Of a stretch of DNA of 64,000 bases, positions 8,328-17,172 are shown piece by piece. Positions within the stretch are counted from its first letter, which is position 1; each line of letters starts with the position of its first letter. The translations under genes were made by a program, and so were the position numbers. Under the pieces are notes generated by a model, which saw only the letters and a list, made by a program, of their open reading frames with translations, searched no databases and was not told the origin of the DNA. This DNA is from Escherichia phage BEU50: sequence record OM632671.1; one strand, 5' to 3'.

Positions 8328-8784
8328 AAACTATATCAAGGGCGATATTGTCGCCCTGTTTTCTAAAGGTAATAATATTGCTCATGGGTGTAATTGTTTT
8401 CATACAATGGGCGCCGGTGTAGCAGGCCAATTAGCAAAGGCTTATCCAAAAATTCTGGAAGCCGATAAACTTCAAACCGAATTCGGAGACAAGTCTAAAC
8501 TCGGGACTTATTCGGTTTATGAAAAATATTTTAAGACCCATAAAGCTTATTGCTTTAATCTTTATACACAGTTTGAGCCGGGACCTAATTTTGAGTACTC
8601 TGCTTTAATGAATTGTATAATAGAATTAAATGAATTCGGAAAGAATAAGATAATAAAGCCTGTAATTTATATGCCTAGAATTGGTGCAGGTATTGGTGGT
8701 GGAAACTGGGATATCATCGAAGAGATTTTAGATACGTATTCCACTAAACTAGAAATTGTGATTGTTGATTGGGAACCTAAATGA
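8320..8784 (+). CDS. macrodomain-like protein (ADP-ribose binding/hydrolase fold)
   Basis: IAHGCNCFHTMGAGVAGQL and IGAGIGGGNW resemble macrodomain motifs; no in-frame ATG before the motif, GTG 8320 proposed. Confidence 0.55.
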   Translation: MIKNYIKGDIVALFSKGNNIAHGCNCFHTMGAGVAGQLAKAYPKILEADKLQTEFGDKSKLGTYSVYEKYFKTHKAYCFNLYTQFEPGPNFEYSALMNCIIELNEFGKNKIIKPVIYMPRIGAGIGGGNWDIIEEILDTYSTKLEIVIVDWEPK

Positions 8785-8963
8785 AATTAACTAAAGAAGA
8801 GAAAGCTAAATTGTTCGAACTTATCCATGACCTATTGGATGAGCAAGCAGCCACCAATGCGTATGATGAATATGCTCCTTTAACAGATGAAGAATATCAA
8901 GCATTGATGGAATCATTTGACAGGAAAGAACAAGAACTCATTGACTACGTGAATTCACTATAA
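8781..8963 (+). CDS. hypothetical protein (60 aa)
   Basis: ATGA overlap. Confidence 0.4.
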   Translation: MKLTKEEKAKLFELIHDLLDEQAATNAYDEYAPLTDEEYQALMESFDRKEQELIDYVNSL

Positions 8964-8972
8964 GGGGCTCTT

Positions 8973-9554
8973 ATGGCTAGTTTAATTTTTACATATGCCG
9001 CTATGAACGCCGGTAAGTCTGCTTCATTACTTACTGCCGCACATAACTATAAAGAACGTGGCATGGGTGTATTAGTTCTTAAACCGGCTATTGATACTCG
9101 TGATTCAAAAGGTGAAATAGTCTCTCGTATTGGTATTCGTCAGGATGCCAATATAATTACAAAAGACATGGATATCTTTGAATTCTATAAATGGGCTGCA
9201 GCACAAAAGGATATTCACTGTGTATTTGTTGACGAAGCTCAGTTCTTAACTACTGAAAAGGTGTATCAACTTAGTCGTATTGTTGACGTATACAATGTGC
9301 CGGTAATGGCATATGGACTACGAACAGATTTTAAAGGTAATCTATTTGAAGGTTCTCAAGCATTAATGGCTATTGCCGATAAGCTTGTTGAACTTAAAGG
9401 TGTCTGTCATTGTGGTAAAAAGGCCACAATGGTAGCTAGAGTCACGGAAGACGGACTTCCAATTACAGATGGCAGTCAAATTGAAATTGGTGATACTGAT
9501 AGATATGTGTCATTATGCCGGAAGCATTGGAATGATTTGACAGGATTGTTATAA
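8973..9554 (+). CDS. tk: thymidine kinase
   Basis: NAGKSASLL P-loop, VDEAQFL, C-terminal Zn-ribbon cysteines. Confidence 0.95.
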   Translation: MASLIFTYAAMNAGKSASLLTAAHNYKERGMGVLVLKPAIDTRDSKGEIVSRIGIRQDANIITKDMDIFEFYKWAAAQKDIHCVFVDEAQFLTTEKVYQLSRIVDVYNVPVMAYGLRTDFKGNLFEGSQALMAIADKLVELKGVCHCGKKATMVARVTEDGLPITDGSQIEIGDTDRYVSLCRKHWNDLTGLL

Positions 9555-9557
9555 ATA
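9550..9557 (+). promoter_or_regulatory. late promoter core TATAAATA
   Basis: Exact TATAAATA octamer. Confidence 0.45.
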
Positions 9558-9581
9558 CTAATATCTAACCAAGAGGTATAT

Positions 9582-9794
9582 ATGCAGCAATTAAACGAAA
9601 GACAACTTCGTAATCTTACTGTAACCCAATTGGATGAAATCCGAAGAGAATTAGGACATTCTATTTCTCATTTAAACGAGGATATCCGTCAAACTGGTTC
9701 TAAAGCTGATTATACACGCAAGCGCAAGCTGGAAAAATACCTCACAGATGTTAAGGCCGTCCAAAGGCGAAAAATAAATACTGGCCAAAATTAA
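9582..9794 (+). CDS. hypothetical basic protein (70 aa)
   Basis: ATG after AAGAGG. Confidence 0.45.
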   Translation: MQQLNERQLRNLTVTQLDEIRRELGHSISHLNEDIRQTGSKADYTRKRKLEKYLTDVKAVQRRKINTGQN

Positions 9795-9806
9795 CAGGAG
9801 GCCTAT

Positions 9807-10109
9807 ATGGCCTTAAGAGCGATAGCTGTCATGGCGATGCTGGGGTTTTTTGCAGCAACAACTCCTATCGTTGGTACTGCATATGTTGACCCATATTTTG
9901 ATAACTTTATGGAATCAGGGATTAAAAACGTATATACTTTGTTTGAAATTCAAAATGTCGAGAATTCTGAAAAATTCTATAAGTATATGGCAAAGCATTA
10001 CAAAAATAGCCCCTGTGATGATGCATTTGAATGTCACGAACAAGGCATAAAAACTGCCAGACAATTTGCCGAGTTCATGAAAATAAAATTAGAGCCTACA
10101 TCTATCTAA
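9807..10109 (+). CDS. rI: lysis-inhibition regulator rI
   Basis: Signal-anchor N-terminus; DPxFDxFMESGI...KYM similarity to T4 RI; adjacent to tk. Confidence 0.8.
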   Translation: MALRAIAVMAMLGFFAATTPIVGTAYVDPYFDNFMESGIKNVYTLFEIQNVENSEKFYKYMAKHYKNSPCDDAFECHEQGIKTARQFAEFMKIKLEPTSI

Positions 10110-10115
10110 TTTACT

Positions 10116-10143
10116 AGCCCCTTCCGAAAGGTTGGGGCTTTTT
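10116..10143 (+). terminator. rho-independent terminator
   Basis: AGCCCC...GGGGCT hairpin followed by TTTTT. Confidence 0.6.
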
Positions 10144-10154
10144 GGCATCTATCA

Positions 10155-10205
10155 GTTTACTTCTCCTCAGGTTGTGTTATAGTAAACCTTACTTACTAGA
10201 GGAGA
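10155..10205 (+). promoter_or_regulatory. early promoter with imperfect inverted repeat
   Basis: GTTTAC 10155-10160, TATAGT 10178-10183. Confidence 0.45.
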
Positions 10206-10210
10206 ACGTT

Positions 10211-10390
10211 ATGACACGTAAAGAAAAAATTTCTAAGTTAATGTTTTTGATTGAAGAGTACGCTAATGCGGTATCTGATTGGGAAAATGCTCATGGTTGC
10301 GAAGATGGAGACATCGACATTAACAGAGCTATGAAAAAGATGGCTGATGCCCACACCGAATTGCAAATGTATGTTAACGAGATTATGTGA
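10211..10390 (+). CDS. hypothetical protein (59 aa)
   Basis: ATG 10211 after GAGGAGAA. Confidence 0.4.
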   Translation: MTRKEKISKLMFLIEEYANAVSDWENAHGCEDGDIDINRAMKKMADAHTELQMYVNEIM

Positions 10391-10397
10391 GGATATT

Positions 10398-10604
10398 ATG
10401 CTTTACGATTATACTGGAAAATCTGAAGACGGTGTACTTGAACTTTTACCTGAAAGCGCTGAAGATGATGATATGGTGGCGATGTTTTGTAAAAATGGCC
10501 CTGGGGATAAGGGATGGATTTATCTTCGTCAAGAAAATGACTTAATTGTTTTGGACCCTAAACAAGTTGAAGAACTTTATCAACATTTAAAACACAATCG
10601 GTAG
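10398..10604 (+). CDS. hypothetical acidic protein (68 aa)
   Basis: ATG 10398 after GAGGA. Confidence 0.4.
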   Translation: MLYDYTGKSEDGVLELLPESAEDDDMVAMFCKNGPGDKGWIYLRQENDLIVLDPKQVEELYQHLKHNR

Positions 10605-10642
10605 TTTACAACTTGGTAGGACTATGTTATAGTAGTCCTACC
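10604..10642 (+). promoter_or_regulatory. early promoter inside 9-bp perfect inverted repeat
   Basis: GTTTAC 10604-10609; GGTAGGACT (10615-10623) / AGTCCTACC (10634-10642). Confidence 0.5.
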
Positions 10643-10661
10643 AAAACAAATGGAGAACAAA

Positions 10662-10772
10662 ATGAAACTTTTGCTTATCGCTTATGTTGTAGTACAATAC
10701 AATTATCCGATGTTTACGTATAACATGGTAAATGGTGTAATGAATCTTATTGAAGCGAGTATGGTAAAATGA
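10662..10772 (+). CDS. small hydrophobic peptide (36 aa)
   Basis: ATG after GGAGAA; below ORF-track cutoff. Confidence 0.25.
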   Translation: MKLLLIAYVVVQYNYPMFTYNMVNGVMNLIEASMVK

Positions 10773-10869
10773 CCTGTGAAATGGATCTTATTTAATTTTT
10801 ATAGAAATCAGGTTGATGCTCGTCAGAATGATTTGGTGAATTTTGTTGAAACTTTAATTGGTGAATAAT

Positions 10870-11400
10870 ATGAAAACTGTAATTGAAACGACTGAGTTGT
10901 TTGGTGATTTATGTATCGAAAAACGTGGTTATGCGTACGTTCTGACGCAAGAAGATGATGTTGTTACTATTCTTCCTATGGAACTAGACAAGATTTTGAA
11001 ACTCAATCCACCAGGTCATGCATCTGTAATTAACATTGATGAAGACCTCCAAGTTCGTTTTTATCACGGACTTTATAGTGGGGTTAATATCGAAACCGAA
11101 GACGAATGTTTTTCTATTAATAATTGGAAAACATTTGTCACTAAGGTGAAAGAATTCATGGAATCTGAAACAGCCAAAAAGGCCAAACTTCAATGGGCTA
11201 AATGCCGTAATGCTTTTATTACAAATCAGGACCGCCCTGACTATACAACAGTCCTAGGCGTTAATCCTTCTTATGAAGATGGTGATGTCGTAGTTATTCG
11301 CCAAATTGATGACCTTCGTCAACATATCATTACATTAGACAAAGATGAAGCAGTTGCTCTTAAAGCTTATCTCGATTCTATTATCCCAACTTTGAAATAA
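10870..11400 (+). CDS. hypothetical protein (176 aa)
   Basis: ORF-track start 10858 is TTG; first ATG at 10870. Confidence 0.5.
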   Translation: MKTVIETTELFGDLCIEKRGYAYVLTQEDDVVTILPMELDKILKLNPPGHASVINIDEDLQVRFYHGLYSGVNIETEDECFSINNWKTFVTKVKEFMESETAKKAKLQWAKCRNAFITNQDRPDYTTVLGVNPSYEDGDVVVIRQIDDLRQHIITLDKDEAVALKAYLDSIIPTLK

Positions 11401-11409
11401 GGAATTATT

Positions 11410-11886
11410 ATGATTATCAATGAAAACTCTTGGCACTTTAAAATTTATGCCGCGTTCAATAGTACATGGAATCGTCCGAAAACGTTATGTGCTTATTTTT
11501 GGAAAACGTTTCTCCCGGTATTGGCTGCTTCAATTATTGGATTTGCGATTTTAGCAGCAGTCACAATCATTGGCCAGGAAATTTTAACTAAATTCTTTGT
11601 TTTTAGCAGTCTATGGACATTAGTTCTGGCTTCAATTGGTGTAGGCATTTTAATGGTAGCAGTCATGGCTTTTATTGCTACCGGGTTGGTAATTGGTCCG
11701 TCTTGGTTGTTAGACAAATATAACGACAGAAAATATTATAAAGAAATTGAGCTCATTGCACAAAACCAAGAACGAATTAAAAATGGACTTGAGCCTATTG
11801 AACGTAAGAAATCGATTATCGTTGAATTTTTAAAAGCTCGTAAAGCTAAAGTGTGTCCTACTCTTGAATACAAGCCAGGCAAATGA
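11410..11886 (+). CDS. hypothetical membrane protein (158 aa)
   Basis: Two hydrophobic helices. Confidence 0.5.
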   Translation: MIINENSWHFKIYAAFNSTWNRPKTLCAYFWKTFLPVLAASIIGFAILAAVTIIGQEILTKFFVFSSLWTLVLASIGVGILMVAVMAFIATGLVIGPSWLLDKYNDRKYYKEIELIAQNQERIKNGLEPIERKKSIIVEFLKARKAKVCPTLEYKPGK

Positions 11887-12665
11887 ATTATATCAAATGT
11901 TATGATGCAATAATTCAACGAGGAAAACTTAGAGGCAGTGATAAGTCTGAGTTGAATTATTATACTGAATCCCATCACATAATCCCTTCATGTATTGGAG
12001 GGAGTGATGACCCGAGTAATAAAGTTTTATTGACTGCCAGGGAACATTTTATCGCTCATTGGTTATTATCAAAAATTCACCCAAACTCTGAAGGATTGAT
12101 TTACGCTTACTGGGCGTTCTATAATTTAGGCGAAGATGCTTTAGGACGAAATCTTAAATTAACCTCAAGAGGCTATAAAGACGTAAGGGAAAAGTTTTCA
12201 GAAATTCACTCTAATAGAATGAAAGATATATGGGAATCACAAGAATATCGTGATAAGCGTTCAGCGACCATGAGCCTCCCTGAGATAAAGGCTAAAATGT
12301 CAGATTCTCAAATAGAGGCACAGAATAGACCTGAAGTTAAAGCAAAAATATCTACTGCTATCAAAGAGGCCTTTAAGAGAGATGATGTTAAAGAACGGCA
12401 TTCAAGAGCTGTTAAAAAGGCCCTAGATAATCCAGAAACTAAAAAGAGACAGTCTGAAGCGTCTAAAGCTAGACAACGAACTGGTAAACACTGGGAAGAT
12501 TATGATATGCTTTACGAACTTTGGATTAAATTGAATCGACCTAAGCGTGGGGCTTTCGGAACCCATATTAGTAAAATGGGTTATCCTAAATCAAATTACC
12601 AACGCTTAATATTACAGTTCATTGAAGATTATGAAAGGAAAGTGAATAATGAAAACGATTGTTAA
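11883..12665 (+). CDS. HNH homing endonuclease
   Basis: MNY N-terminus; HHIIPSCIGGSDDPSNKVLLTAREH motif; C-terminal NUMOD-like repeats. Confidence 0.8.
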   Translation: MNYIKCYDAIIQRGKLRGSDKSELNYYTESHHIIPSCIGGSDDPSNKVLLTAREHFIAHWLLSKIHPNSEGLIYAYWAFYNLGEDALGRNLKLTSRGYKDVREKFSEIHSNRMKDIWESQEYRDKRSATMSLPEIKAKMSDSQIEAQNRPEVKAKISTAIKEAFKRDDVKERHSRAVKKALDNPETKKRQSEASKARQRTGKHWEDYDMLYELWIKLNRPKRGAFGTHISKMGYPKSNYQRLILQFIEDYERKVNNENDC

Positions 12666-13635
12666 GGCTTACTTTGGTAGCCACCTTTATGGAACGTCTA
12701 CCCCTGAATCTGACGTTGATTTTAAAGAAATTTATGTCCCTCATGCTCGTGATATCTTGACCGGTAACGTTAAAGAACATATGAGCAAGAACACGAATAA
12801 CACATCTTCTAAGAACACAAAAGACGACGTGGACCATGAGTTATATAGTCTCAAATATTTCTTTAAACTAGCTGCAGATGGTGAAACTGTCGCATTAGAT
12901 ATGCTTCACACTCCACCAAGTCTAGTAGTTAAATCTGATTTGCCTGATGTATGGAAGTATATTCAAGATAACAGGTCTCGTTTCTATACCACTAACATGA
13001 AATCTTATTTAGGGTATGTCCGTAAGCAAGCTTCTAAATACGGTGTCAAGGGTTCTCGACTGGCTGTTCTTCGTCAAGCCCTTAAACGTTCTAATGAATG
13101 GGGACAATACTTTGATAATGGTGCAGTAATTCGTTTATCACATATGAAGAATGTTCTGCCTGTAGGTGAATTTGCTTCATGGGTTGAAACCGAAAACGAG
13201 AAAACAGGTAAGCAAACATTCTATAATCTGTTAGACCGTAAATTCCAAGATACGTTAACCAATAAAGAGTTCAATGCCATCCTGGTTAAACTGGAAGAGA
13301 ACTACGGTGAACGTGCTCGTAAGGCGGAAGCCAACGAAGGTATTGACTGGAAAGCATTGAGTCATGCATGCCGTGGTGGACTTCAACTATTGGAAATTTA
13401 CAAAACCGGCGACCTGGTTTACCCACTTCAGGATGCTCCATTTATTCTCGATGTTAAGCTTGGTAAACATACGTTTAAAACTGTACAAGAATTCCTAGAA
13501 GATATCGTTGACCAAGTTGAACAAGCATCAGAACAAGCCGCTAAGAACGGTATGCAACAAAAAGTAGATATGAGTTTCTGGGATGACTTCCTTGAACAAG
13601 TCTATCTCGAAAATCATAATTCTTACTATAAATAA
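12649..13635 (+). CDS. predicted nucleotidyltransferase (Pol-beta-like fold)
   Basis: YFGSHLYGTSTPESDVDF minimal NTase motif. Confidence 0.55.
   Translation: MKTIVKAYFGSHLYGTSTPESDVDFKEIYVPHARDILTGNVKEHMSKNTNNTSSKNTKDDVDHELYSLKYFFKLAADGETVALDMLHTPPSLVVKSDLPDVWKYIQDNRSRFYTTNMKSYLGYVRKQASKYGVKGSRLAVLRQALKRSNEWGQYFDNGAVIRLSHMKNVLPVGEFASWVETENEKTGKQTFYNLLDRKFQDTLTNKEFNAILVKLEENYGERARKAEANEGIDWKALSHACRGGLQLLEIYKTGDLVYPLQDAPFILDVKLGKHTFKTVQEFLEDIVDQVEQASEQAAKNGMQQKVDMSFWDDFLEQVYLENHNSYYK
13627..13634 (+). promoter_or_regulatory. late promoter core TATAAATA
   Basis: Exact TATAAATA upstream of the secreted ORF at 13667. Confidence 0.45.
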
Positions 13636-13666
13636 GTAGATAAATAACCATTAACTTGAGGTAAAT

Positions 13667-13948
13667 ATGAAAAAATTAGTAATTGGTTTATTCGCAGTAA
13701 TGATGGCATTCTCTGTTGGTGCTACCACAGGTGCTGCTGGCGGTAGTGCAGGAGCTGGTGGTAACCAGTCTTCTGGGCCTTCCAATGGTTCGGTAAATGC
13801 ATCACATTCTCAGGGTATTGAGAACATTAAATCAAGCTATATTAATAGCACGGCAGGTCAAGCAACTGAAGCATGGTCAAAGGGCCGAGTAGTTACTCGC
13901 TCCGTATTCTGTGATATGCCTAATTATGTTGCTAAGTGCGATAAGTAA
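13667..13948 (+). CDS. secreted Gly/Ala/Ser-rich protein (93 aa)
   Basis: Signal peptide followed by low-complexity Gly-rich region. Confidence 0.5.
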   Translation: MKKLVIGLFAVMMAFSVGATTGAAGGSAGAGGNQSSGPSNGSVNASHSQGIENIKSSYINSTAGQATEAWSKGRVVTRSVFCDMPNYVAKCDK

Positions 13949-13953
13949 ATGTG

Positions 13954-13973
13954 GGGACCTTCGGGTCCCTTTA
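13954..13973 (+). terminator. UUCG-tetraloop hairpin, weak terminator
   Basis: GGGACC-ttcg-GGTCCC then TTT. Confidence 0.45.
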
Positions 13974-13999
13974 GGGGGTTAAAATATTTTTAAAAAGTA

Positions 14000-14028
14000 G
14001 TGTACATGCTTTTAGGATATGTTATTAT
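14000..14028 (+). promoter_or_regulatory. early promoter
   Basis: GTGTAC 14000-14005, TATTAT 14023-14028. Confidence 0.4.
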
Positions 14029-14066
14029 AGACCTATCGAAACGAAATGAGTAAATTGGAGAATAAA

Positions 14067-15047
14067 ATGTTCAACGTTCAAATCAAAAAAGGTATCTATC
14101 GTAATAACGAAATCTCTGGTTCTTATGTTGCCACAAAGACATGGTTCCCGGCAAAGCTTAATCCTGAATGTTCCCACTTAGGTGATGGTAAAATTTTCGT
14201 TATGATTGATGGTTCTGAACGTGGAGTATGGGTCTTCAAATCAGACATCGTAATGGAAGGAGTTGAGACATCTCCAGTTTCAGTTGTTGAAAGCACTGAA
14301 GATATGAAAACTCGTATCAACAAACGCTTTAAAGTAATGAACATGATGACGAATGGCATTATCGATGGCAAAATTCGTTCACTCATTATTTCAGGTGCAG
14401 CCGGTATTGGTAAGACGTATTCTCTGGATAAAGCACTTAATAATGCTAATGATAATGGTTTCATCAAATACAAAAGCATTAATGGTAAAATCTCTGGTAT
14501 TGGCCTTTACGAACAACTTTGGCTCAACCGTGATGCATACAGCGTTCTCTTAATCGACGACGTTGATGTATTCTCAGATATGGACATCTTGAACCTTCTT
14601 AAAGCAGCATTAGATACCGGAGATAAACGCAAAGTTTGTTGGAGCACTGCGTCATCTTATCTCGATGATAAGGGTATTGATAAAGAATTTGAGTTTGAAG
14701 GTACTATCGTTTTCATTACAAACGTTGATATCGATAAAGAGTTAGAACGCGGTTCGAAACTTGCTCCGCACCTTCAAGCTTTAGTATCTCGTTCAGTGTA
14801 TTTGGACCTTGGAGTACACTCTAATGAAGAGATTATGGTTCGAGTTGAAGATGTAATATTATCTACTGACATGATGCAGAAACGTGGCCTGACGGATGCA
14901 GAAACGTATAAAGCATTGTCCTGGATGAAGGCTAACGTATCTCGTCTTCGCAATGTATCATTACGTACGGCTCTTTATGTAGCGGATTTTATTTCAACTG
15001 ATAAAGATGGTTGGGAGGAAATCTCTGAAGTAACTTTACTGAAATAA
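14067..15047 (+). CDS. P-loop NTPase of unknown function
   Basis: Walker A GAAGIGKT, Walker B LLIDDVD; ATG 14067 has the better SD. Confidence 0.55.
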   Translation: MFNVQIKKGIYRNNEISGSYVATKTWFPAKLNPECSHLGDGKIFVMIDGSERGVWVFKSDIVMEGVETSPVSVVESTEDMKTRINKRFKVMNMMTNGIIDGKIRSLIISGAAGIGKTYSLDKALNNANDNGFIKYKSINGKISGIGLYEQLWLNRDAYSVLLIDDVDVFSDMDILNLLKAALDTGDKRKVCWSTASSYLDDKGIDKEFEFEGTIVFITNVDIDKELERGSKLAPHLQALVSRSVYLDLGVHSNEEIMVRVEDVILSTDMMQKRGLTDAETYKALSWMKANVSRLRNVSLRTALYVADFISTDKDGWEEISEVTLLK

Positions 15048-15185
15048 GCTTATAGGAAGTTCTGAGGTAACAAAAGCCATAAAGATGAATAATCATATGG
15101 CTTACCTCAAAGAAGGACACCAGGAACCTACTGAGGGCATAGAAATATTTAAAAATAATGATGTACAAATCAAAGAGGATATGTT

Positions 15186-15473
15186 ATGGATTTTATGCAA
15201 AAAATTAAAGCCGCAGTCGAACTCTATGCTCATCGTATGGTTAGTTCTACAATGCAATATAGCGAGGAGGTTCGCCAGGACTCTTCCTTGAAAGGAAAAA
15301 CTAGAGCCTTAATTACCTTAGACCGTCTACAAAAGAATGCCATAGAGATGCTCCAGTACGACAAGGGTGTATATAAGAAAGAACAGGAAGAGAAACTTAA
15401 ATCTGAAAAATTACAAAAAATCCCGAAGTCTGTTTGGTTCAGTGGAAAAAATACCGAAAAAAGTTTCTTTTAG
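15186..15473 (+). CDS. hypothetical protein (95 aa)
   Basis: ATG after AGAGGA. Confidence 0.45.
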   Translation: MDFMQKIKAAVELYAHRMVSSTMQYSEEVRQDSSLKGKTRALITLDRLQKNAIEMLQYDKGVYKKEQEEKLKSEKLQKIPKSVWFSGKNTEKSFF

Positions 15474-15475
15474 TT

Positions 15476-15510
15476 GTTTACAAGGTCTATGGTTATGTTA
15501 TTATAGACCT
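15476..15510 (+). promoter_or_regulatory. early promoter inside 8-bp inverted repeat
   Basis: GTTTAC 15476-15481; AGGTCTAT / ATAGACCT; TATTAT 15499-15504. Confidence 0.5.
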
Positions 15511-15531
15511 ATCAACTACTGGAGGTAAAAC

Positions 15532-16059
15532 ATGAACGCTAAAGATATTTTCAACCTGGTAAATTATAACGACGGTAAATTTAAATCTGAAGCACAAAGC
15601 AAGTTCTTTAATGACGTTGCTTATGGTAACGAGATTACCGTGGACGGAGGTCAGATTTTCAAATCTCGCTGGAATTGGATTGTTATCATCGATTCAGTTG
15701 GAATTGTGGAAGTCTACAAAAACACTAACAAAAAACGTACATTATTCTGGTCTCGTGAAACTAACGAGCAGTACAAAAAGGATAAAGCATCTCGTTTATC
15801 CAAAGTAACCCAGGAAGATATCGAGTTTATCAAGAAAGATATCGAGATGTACGAAAATTTAATCGCTGAAGACCAGGCAGTACTCGATAAGTTTGATGAA
15901 ATTAAAGCTTCTCGTGAAATCCCTGACTTCATGAAAGAAACAGTAAACGAACGATACGCTCTCACTTCAGAACGTATTGCAAACTATACAAAACAGAAAG
16001 CAGAACGTATTAGTACTCTTCGGAAATTTGAAGAACGTTTAAAGACGGTTCACGCATAA
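15532..16059 (+). CDS. hypothetical protein (175 aa)
   Basis: ATG after GGAGGT. Confidence 0.5.
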   Translation: MNAKDIFNLVNYNDGKFKSEAQSKFFNDVAYGNEITVDGGQIFKSRWNWIVIIDSVGIVEVYKNTNKKRTLFWSRETNEQYKKDKASRLSKVTQEDIEFIKKDIEMYENLIAEDQAVLDKFDEIKASREIPDFMKETVNERYALTSERIANYTKQKAERISTLRKFEERLKTVHA

Positions 16060-16061
16060 AC

Positions 16062-16086
16062 GCTTTACCCAAGGACGGGTTATAAT
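16062..16086 (+). promoter_or_regulatory. promoter of the CCAAGGA-spacer subfamily
   Basis: GCTTTACCCAAGGACGGGTTATAAT. Confidence 0.4.
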
Positions 16087-16121
16087 GGTTTTGAGTTCCA
16101 ATTCAATCTGAGGAAATAGTT

Positions 16122-17117
16122 ATGAGCATTACATCTGATGCGGTAAAACATGAAATTAACGGTTTATGTGCTTCACAGATTAAAGTGTGGTTTAAAGACC
16201 ATAATGATCGCAGAGCACTTAATTATGAGCAAATTGCTATCCAAGTTCATCAATTACTGACTAGTAAATTTGATTTTCATATGCCGTCTGAAATCTATAC
16301 TAATCTGCCGCGAGCGCTTATTAAAGCGTGTAAAGGTTACGGAAAATCAATGGCTGATGGAATCTTCAGCGCGCTGAATAAACTTAACGTTCTGTCGATG
16401 ATTAACTCTAACAACATCCTGCGTAATCTAGGACGTACTGATTTGTTCGGTCGTGAACAGTGTAAAATGCCTTTGAAATGGATTGTTGCTCATCTTAACG
16501 AGAACCAAACACGTTTTATGGCCGTATCAGCACGCTTACAAATGGGTCTAGATCGTCAGATGAACTTTAAAACTCATCCATGTTATTCAGGTTCAACAGA
16601 CTTTTATAAATGTGAGCTTCAAAAGGTTGGTGGCAAAACTGTCTTAGTAGTTCGTGTAACGTTTGAAGGACGACGTCAAGGATATTTTAACCTAATCGGC
16701 TCTGGTCTTAAACATTGTGGATTTATCGACGAAGTTGATATCAAGCGAGACGGCACTGGATATCGTATTGGATATGTTTGTACTCTTAAAGAAGAGATTT
16801 CAGGACCAGCTCCAGGACTAAAAGATGTTAGATATAAAGATGAGCTCGTTGAAGAAATAAAAGAAGTTGAATATGATATCAACCAAGAAGATGCTCTTAA
16901 AGACCTTATTGATGAACTAAACCAAGACGTTATTCCGGTTCAGAAATTTGAATCAAAACATGCTGAGCAAATCAAATACTTTGAAGCTTTGATTAACGAA
17001 CTTAATGTAACTATTCAACAGACCGACGATGAAATCTCACGATTAGCAGGCTTAAACGGTAAAAATAAAACAGAACGAGCTAATCTTATTCAAGTAGTAA
17101 AACTTCTTAAGGAATGA
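16122..17117 (+). CDS. hypothetical protein with C-terminal coiled coil (331 aa)
   Basis: Own promoter and SD. Confidence 0.55.
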   Translation: MSITSDAVKHEINGLCASQIKVWFKDHNDRRALNYEQIAIQVHQLLTSKFDFHMPSEIYTNLPRALIKACKGYGKSMADGIFSALNKLNVLSMINSNNILRNLGRTDLFGREQCKMPLKWIVAHLNENQTRFMAVSARLQMGLDRQMNFKTHPCYSGSTDFYKCELQKVGGKTVLVVRVTFEGRRQGYFNLIGSGLKHCGFIDEVDIKRDGTGYRIGYVCTLKEEISGPAPGLKDVRYKDELVEEIKEVEYDINQEDALKDLIDELNQDVIPVQKFESKHAEQIKYFEALINELNVTIQQTDDEISRLAGLNGKNKTERANLIQVVKLLKE

Positions 17118-17146
17118 TGTACAACCAAGGATGGTTGGAGTATAAT
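17116..17146 (+). promoter_or_regulatory. early promoter, CAACCAAGGATGGTTGG subfamily
   Basis: TGTACA..CAACCA-agga-TGGTTG..TATAAT 17141-17146. Confidence 0.5.
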
Positions 17147-17172
17147 AAATTTTTCAACATGAGGAATATAAA

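Noticed and set aside
15085-15291. ORF 15085..15291 overlapping 15186..15473
   Set aside because: No SD, and it overlaps a better-supported ORF with an AGAGGA ribosome-binding site; likely spurious.
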